From a virus: a stretch of 64,000 bases of DNA. Position 1 is the stretch's first letter, and each line of letters starts with the position of its first letter. This document shows, one piece after another, positions 30,501 through 39,585 of the stretch. A model generated the notes under the pieces. The model was not told where the DNA came from, did not search any database, and saw only the letters and a list, made by a program, of their open reading frames with translations. The stretch lies in the IMG/VR virus record IMGVR_UViG_3300017987_000006, positions 64,001 to 128,000 of that record; one strand, given 5' to 3'. A program made the position numbers and the translations under genes.

Positions 30501-31085
30501 GAGATTGAGAAGTACTTTCGCTACATGCTGCAAGCTGACATTGACGTTTTCAATATCACGAACTTGGTATTTGCGATCGACTTCGCCAAGAAGATCGATC
30601 CGCACTTCACCTATCCATGGTGGGTCGTACTCAAGCGTGTGCCTGCGGCGGAGATCAGCGTCACGGACGAGTTCATGATGAGTGGCACACTATACCTTTA
30701 CGACCACCCGGCCTGTGCCAAGCAGATAACGGACGCGGGGACTGGAGGAGCGTACCGGTTCGATGATACGGATGAGTCAGGCAACTACAATTGGGCCTTC
30801 GATGGAGCGCCCCACAGTGGGAGTCCGAAGCCCGAGTTCTTGTACGACCGGAAGTTCCTGTGTCCCAGTCAGCAACTTCTCCTGCTGATGAGAGGGGTCC
30901 ACGGTGGCAGCTATTTCCCGTTCGATTGGTTTTGGGCGTTTGATGATGGGGGAGGGACTGACAACCCAGCACTTAGCGGCCCGGACTCTTCGCCTCCGGC
31001 TCCGTACGGACCCCTTGTCGGTACAGTTAAGTTCGACACGACGTACCCAGCGGGAACTTATACACGCGGCAAGGTGATAACTTGA
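27525..31085 (+). CDS. Baseplate wedge/tail protein with PKD domain
   Basis: PIAEAGRDQ...LRFDGSDSYDPEGATLTYKW (PKD-like); YLSAVRGLWYAFFNGPS...ILLGLPF. Confidence 0.7.
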   Translation: MPITYSFTTTLQLPTSSSWPCMDVGELSMPNILLFPAVSASRGTPWIYTDGNNDLVLLSNDGIPSVVTISLPIGQKFTFETDFIPSQLPQNLDDLANSHLFISVFNAQDDAGGVLLSKSGLAIVSSYGNTVMPVGGSQDILPESNDYYTLRMVVDGENNVMDLYITKTSDLASIGHQLRYTTAAPITPSGTPDSVRLEVLGNGTVQVEGKFSTLRCNCNGLNIPNKRPIAEAGRDQTAVIGSILRFDGSDSYDPEGATLTYKWTLALAPENSGFRLSGTNGFTQDDGDGDGWTDVFESTVDAWNVANAPGLQPGDLLVVGDGEYEVATTDWTYNSTTGEWERGGTFDPKKLRVTTESISDNLSSASWEVFHQSSFWDDRTSPQPTCVPDVHGVYVQRLVVNDGSLDSLPDEVLSNISESNVAMGVIPDVNFIWDYLSDAWGFYDDRGPVTTIWSGFAQVAANILLTAWQLDYAKSLVDIQRTFQRRWLDYRPLFSEPADDRDDAEIKIVRGTIYSDEIPGGGLVFGTSDTLLISRDDESQVTVTLSGTMTAQETVDAINEALGEKNATNKTASVVTVATKDYLALDYATLLVLDKDGTANAVLGFSTTEDTENIYGGSDGSIGSVATAFQVGAADLEVNFLTKGILREDLFVFTGVGYEVQKVADQTQLTSIQDMAAVGTRTDWQLSSYIKAANTNFTDELVGEGDILIMEVRELGAVTVREVLCEVTGARNQHVGFNPRPLFELVGADLDNYEISLIGVRRTSAIPVDELVQRIPRLQEVIVDPTTIYTENRDFIIEEDENEINGVRFSDGLFSFENPPPDILWAEVTFLDNRPMIEDNFGKAVDFTVEDLEARTDDLDYLSAVRGLWYAFFNGPSLWSVRIGTQILLGLPFAEVDGTIEDINLTFNANSIRILVRDKIDTAVIRTYFIPRSTYFEENGLSMVAVNPDTDTEYVIGDEVSQFYPLSKGVDILDWVKDPDWWRGYQGQGVFIEIEKYFRYMLQADIDVFNITNLVFAIDFAKKIDPHFTYPWWVVLKRVPAAEISVTDEFMMSGTLYLYDHPACAKQITDAGTGGAYRFDDTDESGNYNWAFDGAPHSGSPKPEFLYDRKFLCPSQQLLLLMRGVHGGSYFPFDWFWAFDDGGGTDNPALSGPDSSPPAPYGPLVGTVKFDTTYPAGTYTRGKVIT

Positions 31086-31110
31086 TTTGCTAGGCAAGCC
31101 CTCGTAGAAT
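31082..31110 (+). promoter_or_regulatory. Sigma70-like promoter
   Basis: TTGATT-17 nt-TAGAAT, then a GGAGG RBS before the ATG at 31126. Confidence 0.5.
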
Positions 31111-31125
31111 CGGACCGGAGGATTT

Positions 31126-31833
31126 ATGCAGCTACGTGATTATCCACTGAAACCGAAGGGGATCTTGATCCCTGCAAACGTCAAGATCACAGTTCGGGAG
31201 CGCGGGAAGAGGGTCCCGCAGCACTGCCGCGAGGACCACAACATCTGGGTCAACCTGGGGCGCGAGTATCTGCCGCGGGTCATCGCGCCGAACGCCGCCT
31301 TCACCGACCACTACGCGGAGAATCCTCCCACGAACCCGCGGGAGTTCATTCGCTATATGGGTGTTGGTATCGGAGGGGGCAGCCAGGTTCATCCGGCTGC
31401 GTACACGACACCGCTGTCCACTGACTATCCCCCTGCGGCGTCGAGCGGCCTCCCAGGCTCGGTGGGGAATCAGCAGTCTGACGAGGACCTGACGGTCACC
31501 CAGCTCGAGAGGCCGGTGAAGATCGACGCGACGGACTGGCTCAAGGACATCGTCACGCCCGTCGTTTTCCCCAACACCACCACGTTGCGGTGTGACCACC
31601 TCTTCGACGTCACCGATATCAACTCGGTTGGACCGTACACGACTGTGCCTTTATCGGAGATCGCTCTGTTCTTATCGACACAAGATCCGGACGCGGCAAA
31701 TGTGTACGACACCGGCAATCCCCCGACCATGGTCGGTGCGGGTCGTCAGACAGTCGTTGCTTACAACACGTTTGATCCGATCCCGAAAACCATCTCGTTC
31801 TCGCTGGAAGCACAGTGGGAGCTTCGCTTCTGA
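31126..31833 (+). CDS. Baseplate/tail-collar (fibre attachment) protein
   Basis: VNLGREYL...YMGVGIGG...LSEIALF...AYNTFDPIPKT...WELRF pattern; sits between wedge and spike genes. Confidence 0.65.
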   Translation: MQLRDYPLKPKGILIPANVKITVRERGKRVPQHCREDHNIWVNLGREYLPRVIAPNAAFTDHYAENPPTNPREFIRYMGVGIGGGSQVHPAAYTTPLSTDYPPAASSGLPGSVGNQQSDEDLTVTQLERPVKIDATDWLKDIVTPVVFPNTTTLRCDHLFDVTDINSVGPYTTVPLSEIALFLSTQDPDAANVYDTGNPPTMVGAGRQTVVAYNTFDPIPKTISFSLEAQWELRF

Positions 31834-31846
31834 TTAGGAGACCCCC

Positions 31847-34800
31847 ATGTCGAACCTGCCACATCCCCTCGGTGATTCCTCCGCTGGAGATATGTTTTAC
31901 CCGGGCTCGCCGTCTGTCATCGCGACTGACACGCCCGGAGCGGCCGGTAGTCGAGCGGTCGAGTTTGGCGAGGATGGGTTGTCATCGGCGGTTAATCGTA
32001 TGGGATACGCCTTGGCCAAAAACGACGAGTACATGCAGGCCAGGATGGAGGCGAAGATCGCAAAGCCCGAGTTTGCGACATTTGTTCCTTCTGGCGGAAA
32101 TGGCGATACCTACACCTTCAGCGGGGTAGATCTGTTCGTGGGCGCGGCGGACTATCTACCGGAAACGCAAGCCGTTCGCGACTCGTTGATCTCCGTTCTG
32201 GACACAAGCTACAACGAGCTGCTTGACGCCAGCGGAGACCGTGTGGTCGTCAAGGAGATCAGAAACGTCGGCGATTTGTCCTCCATTGTGGGCGATACGG
32301 CTGGAGCTGGCGGAGACGATGATGGGTTCTACGATAGTGGAGCGCTCATTCGTTTTGGAACAGTCGATCCCGTCACGGGCGCGGCAAACCCCGGGTACTA
32401 CACGTTGCCAGACGCGGTGGGAGTTGTCTTTGTGCATGGCTTGGCCAGGACGATCGATAGCTTGGCCACGGGTGGGTCAGAGCACTTGCTGCGGGATGGA
32501 TGGTTCAAGGGTGCGACGAGAGGAATCTCGGAGATTCATGCGGGGACGTTTCTGAAGGACGGCAGCCGACTAGCCACCGGCAATTTCGACATGAACAGCA
32601 AGAAGCTGTTGAATGTGGATGAAGCTAGAGGTGCCTCCGGCGCGGACATGCTTCTACATTCGCAGCAAGATCTCAACTTGCAAGATCAATATCTCACCGT
32701 CCCTCTTTCCGAGGCCGGTGATACCTCGGTGGTCGGCGGTAAGAGCTCGGTGGTCGGCGCGGTCAACAACAACACATATTTGACGAATGCGTTATCCGGA
32801 AACAGGTGCGTTGCTGGTGGGGCACTCACATTTGATCCAGGCGGCGCGTCGATAACAGTCCCGGCCGGGACTGTCGTGTCGCTTAACGGAACTGCGACTC
32901 CCAAGAGCGGAGTTCACACCGTGGTAGGGTTGGGGTCAAACCTTGTTTTGGTAGTGGATGCGAGTGGGGCGTTCCAGGAGCGAGTAGTTGGCGGTGTCCT
33001 ATCAACGGATGCACCGATAGCTATATTTAATAGCACCGGGGCGGCCTTCGATCTGGAAATCGATGCGCGGTGGTTGGCCTCCCGAAACTCCTCTACTGAT
33101 GAGATCACTGTTGGCGATCGTCAGGGATGTGATTTTGTAGACCTGCAGGGTGCGCTGGACTTGGCCTACGCCGCATCTCTCATCACTGCAACTGGTACGG
33201 TAATGTCCGGGATTCCTACTATCCGTGTGCGTGGGACCGTCCCCGTGGCGAGCACGCTGTCTGTCCGTTGCGACGTCCGTATCATTGGAGATCCTGGTGC
33301 GTTGTTGGAGTCCGACGCCGCGTTTGACGTCGACACGAATTTCATCGAGTGCCCTACGACTGCTCATAAGATCATCATGGAGAACTTGTTAATCAAGTGG
33401 AGCGGATCATCTGCGCAGAACGCGGCCAACTCCATGATCGTCAACTGCGCTACAGGCAGCGTCTTTCTCGACCTCGACATCTATGGTGTGAACAGCACAA
33501 ACGGATTCGGCAGAGGATTCTTTTGGTCTTTGGCCGGTCAGGAACACATCGCTCTTCGGCGTTGTCGTTTTCGCCACCTGCAGAACAGCGTACTCAACAC
33601 CAACTCCAATGTGGACTACATGTCCATGCACAACATCCGCATCAGCGACTGCGATGGATCTAGCGATATCGGCCTGGCGTTGCTGGGAGAGGGGCACACG
33701 CTGGACCGCATACGGTTCGAGGATGATTCGTACGGAAGCGCAGTGAAGATCGGCCCAGGAAGTGAAATTAGGGAATCACATCTTCAGGGGGTTGGTCCGG
33801 TTGTGGAGTTTGATGACTCTAGCTCGACTCGCAAGGACTTCTTGATCGATGGGTGTACAATCTCTGCTACCACTCAATACGGTGTCTACACCGCGTTGGC
33901 GGCCAGCTATGAGATCCGGTGTACGATCAGGAACAGCGATATTTCTGGTAGTAGAGCACTTCAGATCGACAACGCCTCTAGTCCAGACAGAAGCACTCGC
34001 TACCATGTCGAAAACTGCAAGCTGTATGGCGACTCGACCTATATTGCGTACTTCTCGAACGCCAGGGACGTGCTCCTGACCAGCACCTACATCAAAGACG
34101 ACACAGGACTCAGCTCGGTTTACGCAACGGGTGATACTTCCCTGCGGGTCAAGTCCAGCACGTTCGAGGGAAACGCCGCGACAGAGCATATCGAGATGGA
34201 CAGCCCGACGGATGCACTGCTCGAGGGAAACCACTTCCTTAGCGGCAAGTATCAGATAAGCGGTACCGCGAGTCATATCCGTATTATAGGGAACTATCAC
34301 TATTACGGGGAGGAGGCTGCGATATATCTGTCCGGGGCGTCGGATGGGATCAAGATCATTGGCAACCACTTCGTCGGCAACAACTACTACTCGATCAGAA
34401 TTGATCATACATCAGCACTGCGTCCGATCATTTCAGAAAACGAGTTTTATCAGTGTGAGGCCCAGCCGGTTAGTGGAGACAACGGATTCGTAGTCCGGAT
34501 CCATGGAGCGACGGACTCGCACGCCAAGATCATCAACAATTCGTTCTACGAGTGCGGTGATTCAAGCGCCACGGACAACCGAGTGACATACATAGTGGAA
34601 ACAGGTGGGAGGAGTGAGGTTCGCGGGAATACGTTTGTCCAGGCATTGGGTCAGAATACACCCAGCATCTCTGACGAAGTGCGGTTTGTGGTGGTAGGGA
34701 ATTACTCCACTGTGGCAGACAACGAATTTCACCACGACTTTACGGTTGCGGATAGCGCACAACCGGAGAATATGATCGGGATCATTCCGGGAACATACAA

Positions 34801-35434
34801 CCGTGTTTCTGGAAACAGGTTCTATTGGCTCGGAACACACCCGGAGACCGCATCGCAGATGGTGGTTGTACGCGGGGTAGATCTGGCCAACGACCACTGT
34901 ACGCTGGAGAGCAACTTCATGGGGGCACACACTATGTCCCCGGTCACCTACCTCATTTACGCAGGAACGAACAACAGCATCGTCGCGCGGAACCAGTCCA
35001 TCGACGGTAGTATACTATCTACTGGTAATTACAACATGTTCCTCAGCAACGTAGTGGAGAACGACGATCTCAATGCTGGGGGGGATACTGATGACAACAA
35101 CGTTCTCATCGGAAACATCTCTGTTGGTAATGGGGATATAATGTGTGAGGGCGATAACTGCGTATTCGTCGGAAACGCGGCCTACGGAAACGGGGACATA
35201 TCTGCCGGCGTGACGCAAGAGACAGACGGAAACGAGAACGTTGTCATTGGGCAGCTGATGGGAGGGACGGGGACGTTGTATGCGCGGGGGCAGGATGTGA
35301 TCACTTTGGGTAACCAGAACACTGGAGCAGCAACGCTGTCATTCAACGTGAGCGCCGCCAGCGCAGCCAAGCCGCACAACGACACCATTACCAACCTCGG
35401 GGCACAGAACCTCAGAGATCAAATGAACGGATAG
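31847..35434 (+). CDS. Tail spike with right-handed parallel beta-helix (pectate-lyase-like fold, possible depolymerase)
   Basis: DFVDLQGALD cap, then many I.GN.F / I..N.F beta-helix turns; GNFDMNSKKL fibre motif. Confidence 0.8.
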   Translation: MSNLPHPLGDSSAGDMFYPGSPSVIATDTPGAAGSRAVEFGEDGLSSAVNRMGYALAKNDEYMQARMEAKIAKPEFATFVPSGGNGDTYTFSGVDLFVGAADYLPETQAVRDSLISVLDTSYNELLDASGDRVVVKEIRNVGDLSSIVGDTAGAGGDDDGFYDSGALIRFGTVDPVTGAANPGYYTLPDAVGVVFVHGLARTIDSLATGGSEHLLRDGWFKGATRGISEIHAGTFLKDGSRLATGNFDMNSKKLLNVDEARGASGADMLLHSQQDLNLQDQYLTVPLSEAGDTSVVGGKSSVVGAVNNNTYLTNALSGNRCVAGGALTFDPGGASITVPAGTVVSLNGTATPKSGVHTVVGLGSNLVLVVDASGAFQERVVGGVLSTDAPIAIFNSTGAAFDLEIDARWLASRNSSTDEITVGDRQGCDFVDLQGALDLAYAASLITATGTVMSGIPTIRVRGTVPVASTLSVRCDVRIIGDPGALLESDAAFDVDTNFIECPTTAHKIIMENLLIKWSGSSAQNAANSMIVNCATGSVFLDLDIYGVNSTNGFGRGFFWSLAGQEHIALRRCRFRHLQNSVLNTNSNVDYMSMHNIRISDCDGSSDIGLALLGEGHTLDRIRFEDDSYGSAVKIGPGSEIRESHLQGVGPVVEFDDSSSTRKDFLIDGCTISATTQYGVYTALAASYEIRCTIRNSDISGSRALQIDNASSPDRSTRYHVENCKLYGDSTYIAYFSNARDVLLTSTYIKDDTGLSSVYATGDTSLRVKSSTFEGNAATEHIEMDSPTDALLEGNHFLSGKYQISGTASHIRIIGNYHYYGEEAAIYLSGASDGIKIIGNHFVGNNYYSIRIDHTSALRPIISENEFYQCEAQPVSGDNGFVVRIHGATDSHAKIINNSFYECGDSSATDNRVTYIVETGGRSEVRGNTFVQALGQNTPSISDEVRFVVVGNYSTVADNEFHHDFTVADSAQPENMIGIIPGTYNRVSGNRFYWLGTHPETASQMVVVRGVDLANDHCTLESNFMGAHTMSPVTYLIYAGTNNSIVARNQSIDGSILSTGNYNMFLSNVVENDDLNAGGDTDDNNVLIGNISVGNGDIMCEGDNCVFVGNAAYGNGDISAGVTQETDGNENVVIGQLMGGTGTLYARGQDVITLGNQNTGAATLSFNVSAASAAKPHNDTITNLGAQNLRDQMNG

Positions 35435-35443
35435 GAGAGGGAC

Positions 35444-35812
35444 ATGGAAAAGATCACTGCGGTCATGGCGAGCTGGGAGGCCTTCCTTTTGGCGTTCGCC
35501 GCCTTCGCGATCATTGGAGTCATCAGGCGAGCCGGCACGAAGAAGGACAAGGACGGAAATGTGGTCGGGGGTTGGGCGCAGAGCAAGCCGTTCAGCATGT
35601 TCATGGACTTCTACCCTTACATCTTCTGCGGCGGGATGGTGTTCGTACCAGGGATCCCATTACCAGAGAAGCTGGAAGCGACAATCGGGGCCAAGGTCTT
35701 GTACGCTATCTACTGTGGGTGGCTCTCTGACAAGTCCTTTGCCATCGTCAAACGCGTGCTGGAGAAGGGGCTCGGCATGAAGTTCGGGGCGGACAAGAAC
35801 GGCAAGAAGTGA
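35444..35812 (+). CDS. Membrane protein (about 3 TM; holin-like candidate)
   Basis: Hydrophobic segments and a basic C-terminus. Confidence 0.5.
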   Translation: MEKITAVMASWEAFLLAFAAFAIIGVIRRAGTKKDKDGNVVGGWAQSKPFSMFMDFYPYIFCGGMVFVPGIPLPEKLEATIGAKVLYAIYCGWLSDKSFAIVKRVLEKGLGMKFGADKNGKK

Positions 35813-36135
35813 TGTCCAAGACCTGGTCCTGGCTGAAGAAGAACTGGATGTGGTTGATCGCCCCCGTGACGATCGCCGTCCTCGTCATCCTCTACCTCAT
35901 GGGGTGGAGACCAGAGAAGAAGGACGACGTGGACTCCGTCACCCCGGACGATGCCGCCGACCAGGCCGTGGAGGACACCAACACGGCGCACGATGAGCGG
36001 GAGAAGGCCATCAAGGAGCTGGAGGCGGAGCATCGCGAGAAGCTCAGCGAGATGACGGAGGAGCAGCTCGAGGAGTTCGAGGAAGTCAAGAAGAAGCCCA
36101 TAGACGAGGTAGCTGCATGGATAGACAGTCTGTAG
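35809..36135 (+). CDS. N-terminal TM + acidic coiled-coil protein (i-spanin-like layout)
   Basis: WMWLIAPVTIAVLVILYLMGW followed by an E/K-rich helix. Confidence 0.5.
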   Translation: MMSKTWSWLKKNWMWLIAPVTIAVLVILYLMGWRPEKKDDVDSVTPDDAADQAVEDTNTAHDEREKAIKELEAEHREKLSEMTEEQLEEFEEVKKKPIDEVAAWIDSL

Positions 36136-36596
36136 CATCTTTCCTGGATGAGCTAGAAAAGATCGGTGCCACCGTCTTGATGAAGAGCTTGTCCCCTGCG
36201 GCCAAGCGCCTCATGCGCAAGGCAACGGGATTTACCGGATTGGCGGAAAAGGCGCAACCGGCGGCGGCCGCACAGATGCGGAGGGCCTTGGCGGGCCAGG
36301 GTCTTCACACTGAGGCCAGCATTCGTGCCGGTGGAGCTGGTCGGATAGCCAAGCGTCAAAGCCGTCGAGCGTACGATGAGGTCTTGAAGAGGCAGGGCCG
36401 GGTGTATCAAGGTACGCCGGGGTTGCAACAGCAGCTCGCGGCGATTCCTGGGCATCCGGGAACCATCACCAGAACACCGGCACGTATCGTTCCGCGCAGC
36501 GGTGTTTCGACCGTTAAACCTTCAGACGCGACTAGATCTGTAGCAGTTCCAAGACCTCAGCTGGCAGATCCATACGCTGCCACCGTTCTGGCGTAG
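36117..36596 (+). CDS. Basic protein with N-terminal 'FLDELEKIG' motif
   Basis: MDRQSVASFLDELEKIGA; Arg/Ala-rich. Confidence 0.65.
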   Translation: MDRQSVASFLDELEKIGATVLMKSLSPAAKRLMRKATGFTGLAEKAQPAAAAQMRRALAGQGLHTEASIRAGGAGRIAKRQSRRAYDEVLKRQGRVYQGTPGLQQQLAAIPGHPGTITRTPARIVPRSGVSTVKPSDATRSVAVPRPQLADPYAATVLA

Positions 36597-36599
36597 ATC

Positions 36600-38012
36600 A
36601 TGAATCGGAGAACTTTAAGATCGCTGTGGGAGGAGCTGGAGAAGTGCGCGGCTAAGCTAAAGACGGAACTTCTGCCGCACCAAGAGCGTGTGGTGCAGAA
36701 GATCAAGGGTCAGCGCGGACTTGTCGTCGCCCACGGTCTCGGTTCCGGAAAGACTCTTTCCTCCGTCGCCGCCGCGGTACAGCTCAAGCCCGATAGTACC
36801 AAGGTGCTCGTCCCCGCATCCCTGCAGGAGAACTACAAGAAGGAGATGCGGAAGCACGTCAAGGGCAGGCTGCCAGGCAAGCTGAAGGTGGAGAGCCTGC
36901 AGAACTACGCTTCCAAGGGCCTGATACCAAACAGCGATCTCCTCGTTGTAGATGAGGCGCACCGCGCACGCAACCCCGCGTCGAAGACCTATCAGATCTT
37001 GCATGACGCGGACAACAAGAAGCGACTGCTGCTGACGGCCTCCCCAACCTACAACCGGCCGGCGGACGTGGCGACGTTGGTGAACCTGGCGGCGGGGGAC
37101 AAGGTCCTGCCGGCGGGGGCTGAGTTCGACAAGAGGTACATCGCCAAGCCGGCCAAGGGTGTCTGGTCTCTGCTCCCATTCACTCGCAAACGTCCGGGGC
37201 TGGTCCGCAAACACGAGCTGAAGAAGCCGTTGCAGAAGTGGGTCGACTACCACAAGGCGGAGGGGGCGGACTTCCCGGACACCAGTGAGGAGCGGGTGGT
37301 CACCAGGATGTCCAAGCGGCAGACGCAGCTGCACGATCATGCTTGGGGCAAGCTGCCGCTGATGACTAGGATCAGATTGAGGCGCGGTCTCCCTCCTGGT
37401 AAGGAAGACCTGCCCAAGATGAACTTCTTCATGGGGCAGTCGCGCCAGATCGCGAGCACGGAATCACCCTTCACCAAGGGACAGGCCGAGACATCGCCCA
37501 AGCTCGTCCGCGCGGTGGACGATCTATCAGCGAGGACCGCCGAGAACCCACGGCATCGGGGTTTGGTGTACTCCAACTACCTGGGCACGCTACGTGACTA
37601 CTCGCGAGAGCTGGAGAAGCGGAAGATCCCGCATGCAGCGTTCACGGGAGCACAGTCCCAGAAAACACGCAAGCAGCTGGTCCGGGACTACAACAAGGGC
37701 AAGCTGAAGGCGTTGCTGGTATCCTCCGCCGGAGGCGAGGGGCTCGATCTGAAGGGTACTCGGCAGGTGCAGGTGCTCGAGCCGCACTGGAATGAGGAGA
37801 AGCTGAAGCAGGTCATCGGTCGAGCAGTGCGGCATGGATCTCACAGCCACTTGCCCGCAGAGGAGAGACATGTCAACATCCAGAGGTTCGAGGCAAAACC
37901 ACGTCACGGTGGGCGAGGAGTCGAGCAGGTGCTGTATGATACGGCAGAGGACAAGGAACGCTTGAACCAGGAGCTGCGTGGGTTGATCACCAAGGGACAA
38001 CGTCATGGGTAG
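36600..38012 (+). CDS. SF2 SNF2-like helicase/ATPase with N-terminal 'LWEELEKCA' motif
   Basis: Walker A HGLGSGKT, Walker B VVDEAH, motif III LLTASP, SSAGGEGLDLK, QVIGRAVR. Confidence 0.9.
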   Translation: MNRRTLRSLWEELEKCAAKLKTELLPHQERVVQKIKGQRGLVVAHGLGSGKTLSSVAAAVQLKPDSTKVLVPASLQENYKKEMRKHVKGRLPGKLKVESLQNYASKGLIPNSDLLVVDEAHRARNPASKTYQILHDADNKKRLLLTASPTYNRPADVATLVNLAAGDKVLPAGAEFDKRYIAKPAKGVWSLLPFTRKRPGLVRKHELKKPLQKWVDYHKAEGADFPDTSEERVVTRMSKRQTQLHDHAWGKLPLMTRIRLRRGLPPGKEDLPKMNFFMGQSRQIASTESPFTKGQAETSPKLVRAVDDLSARTAENPRHRGLVYSNYLGTLRDYSRELEKRKIPHAAFTGAQSQKTRKQLVRDYNKGKLKALLVSSAGGEGLDLKGTRQVQVLEPHWNEEKLKQVIGRAVRHGSHSHLPAEERHVNIQRFEAKPRHGGRGVEQVLYDTAEDKERLNQELRGLITKGQRHG

Positions 38013-38250
38013 ACGATCTATGAGAGCGTTCTGGGGGGAGCTGGAGAGCCTGGAGAAGCAAGCGGAGACCCACAAGCTAGGTGCTATGTACCACGGCTCT
38101 CCGCGCAAGTTGGGCATACTGAAGCCTCGAGACGAGCATGGAGACCCACGCGTTGTAAAGCAGCGGCGGTGGTCAGAGAAGGATGATCGGGGGGACCTGG
38201 AACTGGAGCGAGGCGCGTGTGCCTCTGGCTATGGCGCAGCAAGCTCGTAA
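38005..38250 (+). pseudogene. Short ORF with 'FWGELESLEKQA' motif and YHGS; possibly a truncated ADP-ribosyltransferase-like gene
   Basis: MYHGSPRKLGILKP resembles the first ART strand, but the ORF stops at 81 aa with no further ART motifs. Confidence 0.4.
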
Positions 38251-39058
38251 GCGGAGCCTCAACATCGATGAGGCTCTGTGGGAGCTGGAGAAGAAGGCGC
38301 GGTGCATCGTGAAGTCGGAATACCTTGCCTGGAAGAAAAAGCGTGAGAAGCAGCTTGGTAGACCAATGACCTTCAAAGAGCTGGACACGGAGTTGTACAC
38401 CAGCCGTACGCCTCCTTGGGAGAAGAGGGCCTACAAGCTCCAAGGCAAGACCGAAGTCCAGGGCATCCCAATCTCCATTGAGAACCGCAAGGGCTCTGTC
38501 CGAAAGGGCACGGACTCGGACGGTAACGAGTGGAAGACTAAGATGCTCCTACCGTACGGATACGTCCGCGGCACGCGCGGAGCGGATGGCGAGCCGGTAG
38601 ACGCCTACGTCGGCCCGGACAAGGAAGCTCCGGACGCCTACGTTGTACACCAGAGGGATAAAGAGACCGGGAAGTACGACGAGGACAAGATCTTTTTTGG
38701 CATGAAATCCAAGAAGGATGTCAAGGAGGCGTTCTTGAAACACTACGACAGTCCAAAGTTCCTTGGGCCGATATCCCGTGTTCCTGTCGAGCGGCTAAAG
38801 GAGCTCATCACCTCCAAGCGCCGCCTCGTGAAAATCTCCGCGGCCAAAGATCAAAAGAACAAGGCCCTCCACTTCGCCCGCAAGGCAGGCCCTGGCCTCG
38901 GCGGCCTGGCCGGCCTGGGCATCGGCGCGGTCCTGGGAGCCCGCCGCGGAAAGCTCCTTAAGGGAGCCATCGCGGGTCTGGGAACCGGGGCAACACTGGG
39001 GTGGGTGCCGGACATGGCCGCCAACGCCCGCGAGGCCATCAGGAAGGTGAGTAAATGA
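38231..39058 (+). CDS. InPase (inorganic-pyrophosphatase-like) domain protein with 'LWELEKKA' motif and C-terminal glycine zipper
   Basis: ISIENRKGSVRKG...W...YGYVRGTRGADGEPVDAYVGP...VVHQ...YDEDKIFFG; start taken at ATG 38231. Confidence 0.75.
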   Translation: MAQQARKRSLNIDEALWELEKKARCIVKSEYLAWKKKREKQLGRPMTFKELDTELYTSRTPPWEKRAYKLQGKTEVQGIPISIENRKGSVRKGTDSDGNEWKTKMLLPYGYVRGTRGADGEPVDAYVGPDKEAPDAYVVHQRDKETGKYDEDKIFFGMKSKKDVKEAFLKHYDSPKFLGPISRVPVERLKELITSKRRLVKISAAKDQKNKALHFARKAGPGLGGLAGLGIGAVLGARRGKLLKGAIAGLGTGATLGWVPDMAANAREAIRKVSK

Positions 39059-39585
39059 TCGCCTCGTTCTTCGATGAGCTGGAGAAGATAGCGCTGAGCC
39101 AGGGCTTACTCACCAGGGCGTACACCAAGGCCACACATCTGGCGGAGCGGTACGGTCGGCAGGGTGATAAATGGCGGCAGCGTAAAGGGTTCCCGAAGAA
39201 GAAGCTCAAAGACCCCCAGCGCTCGGAGAAGGCGTATAAGAAGGCGCGTAGGTACAGCGGCATAGGTCAGGCGATCAAGAAGAAGCTCGAGGAGGAGCCG
39301 CGTTCTCTGAAGCTGCGGAACGTCAGCCGCGGAGAGCACAAACACTTCCGCCAGATCTTCGAGACGCGCCAAGCGGTGAAGCAGAAGGCTGAACAAGAGG
39401 CGAAGAGGAAGATGAGAGCAGAAGTCGAGCGCCAGGTTCAGAAGAGACTCCTCCGCGAAACAAATCCTCGGGAGTACGCGTACCAGTTGTGGCGCGGCCC
39501 ACATACTCCAGACGATGCGATCTCCAAGAAGATGTTTGCGAAAAGGATGAAGCACCACGACGCTTCGATAAAGGCTACTAAATGA
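39055..39585 (+). CDS. Highly basic protein with N-terminal 'FFDELEKIA' motif
   Basis: MIASFFDELEKIALS; K/R-rich. Confidence 0.65.
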   Translation: MIASFFDELEKIALSQGLLTRAYTKATHLAERYGRQGDKWRQRKGFPKKKLKDPQRSEKAYKKARRYSGIGQAIKKKLEEEPRSLKLRNVSRGEHKHFRQIFETRQAVKQKAEQEAKRKMRAEVERQVQKRLLRETNPREYAYQLWRGPHTPDDAISKKMFAKRMKHHDASIKATK

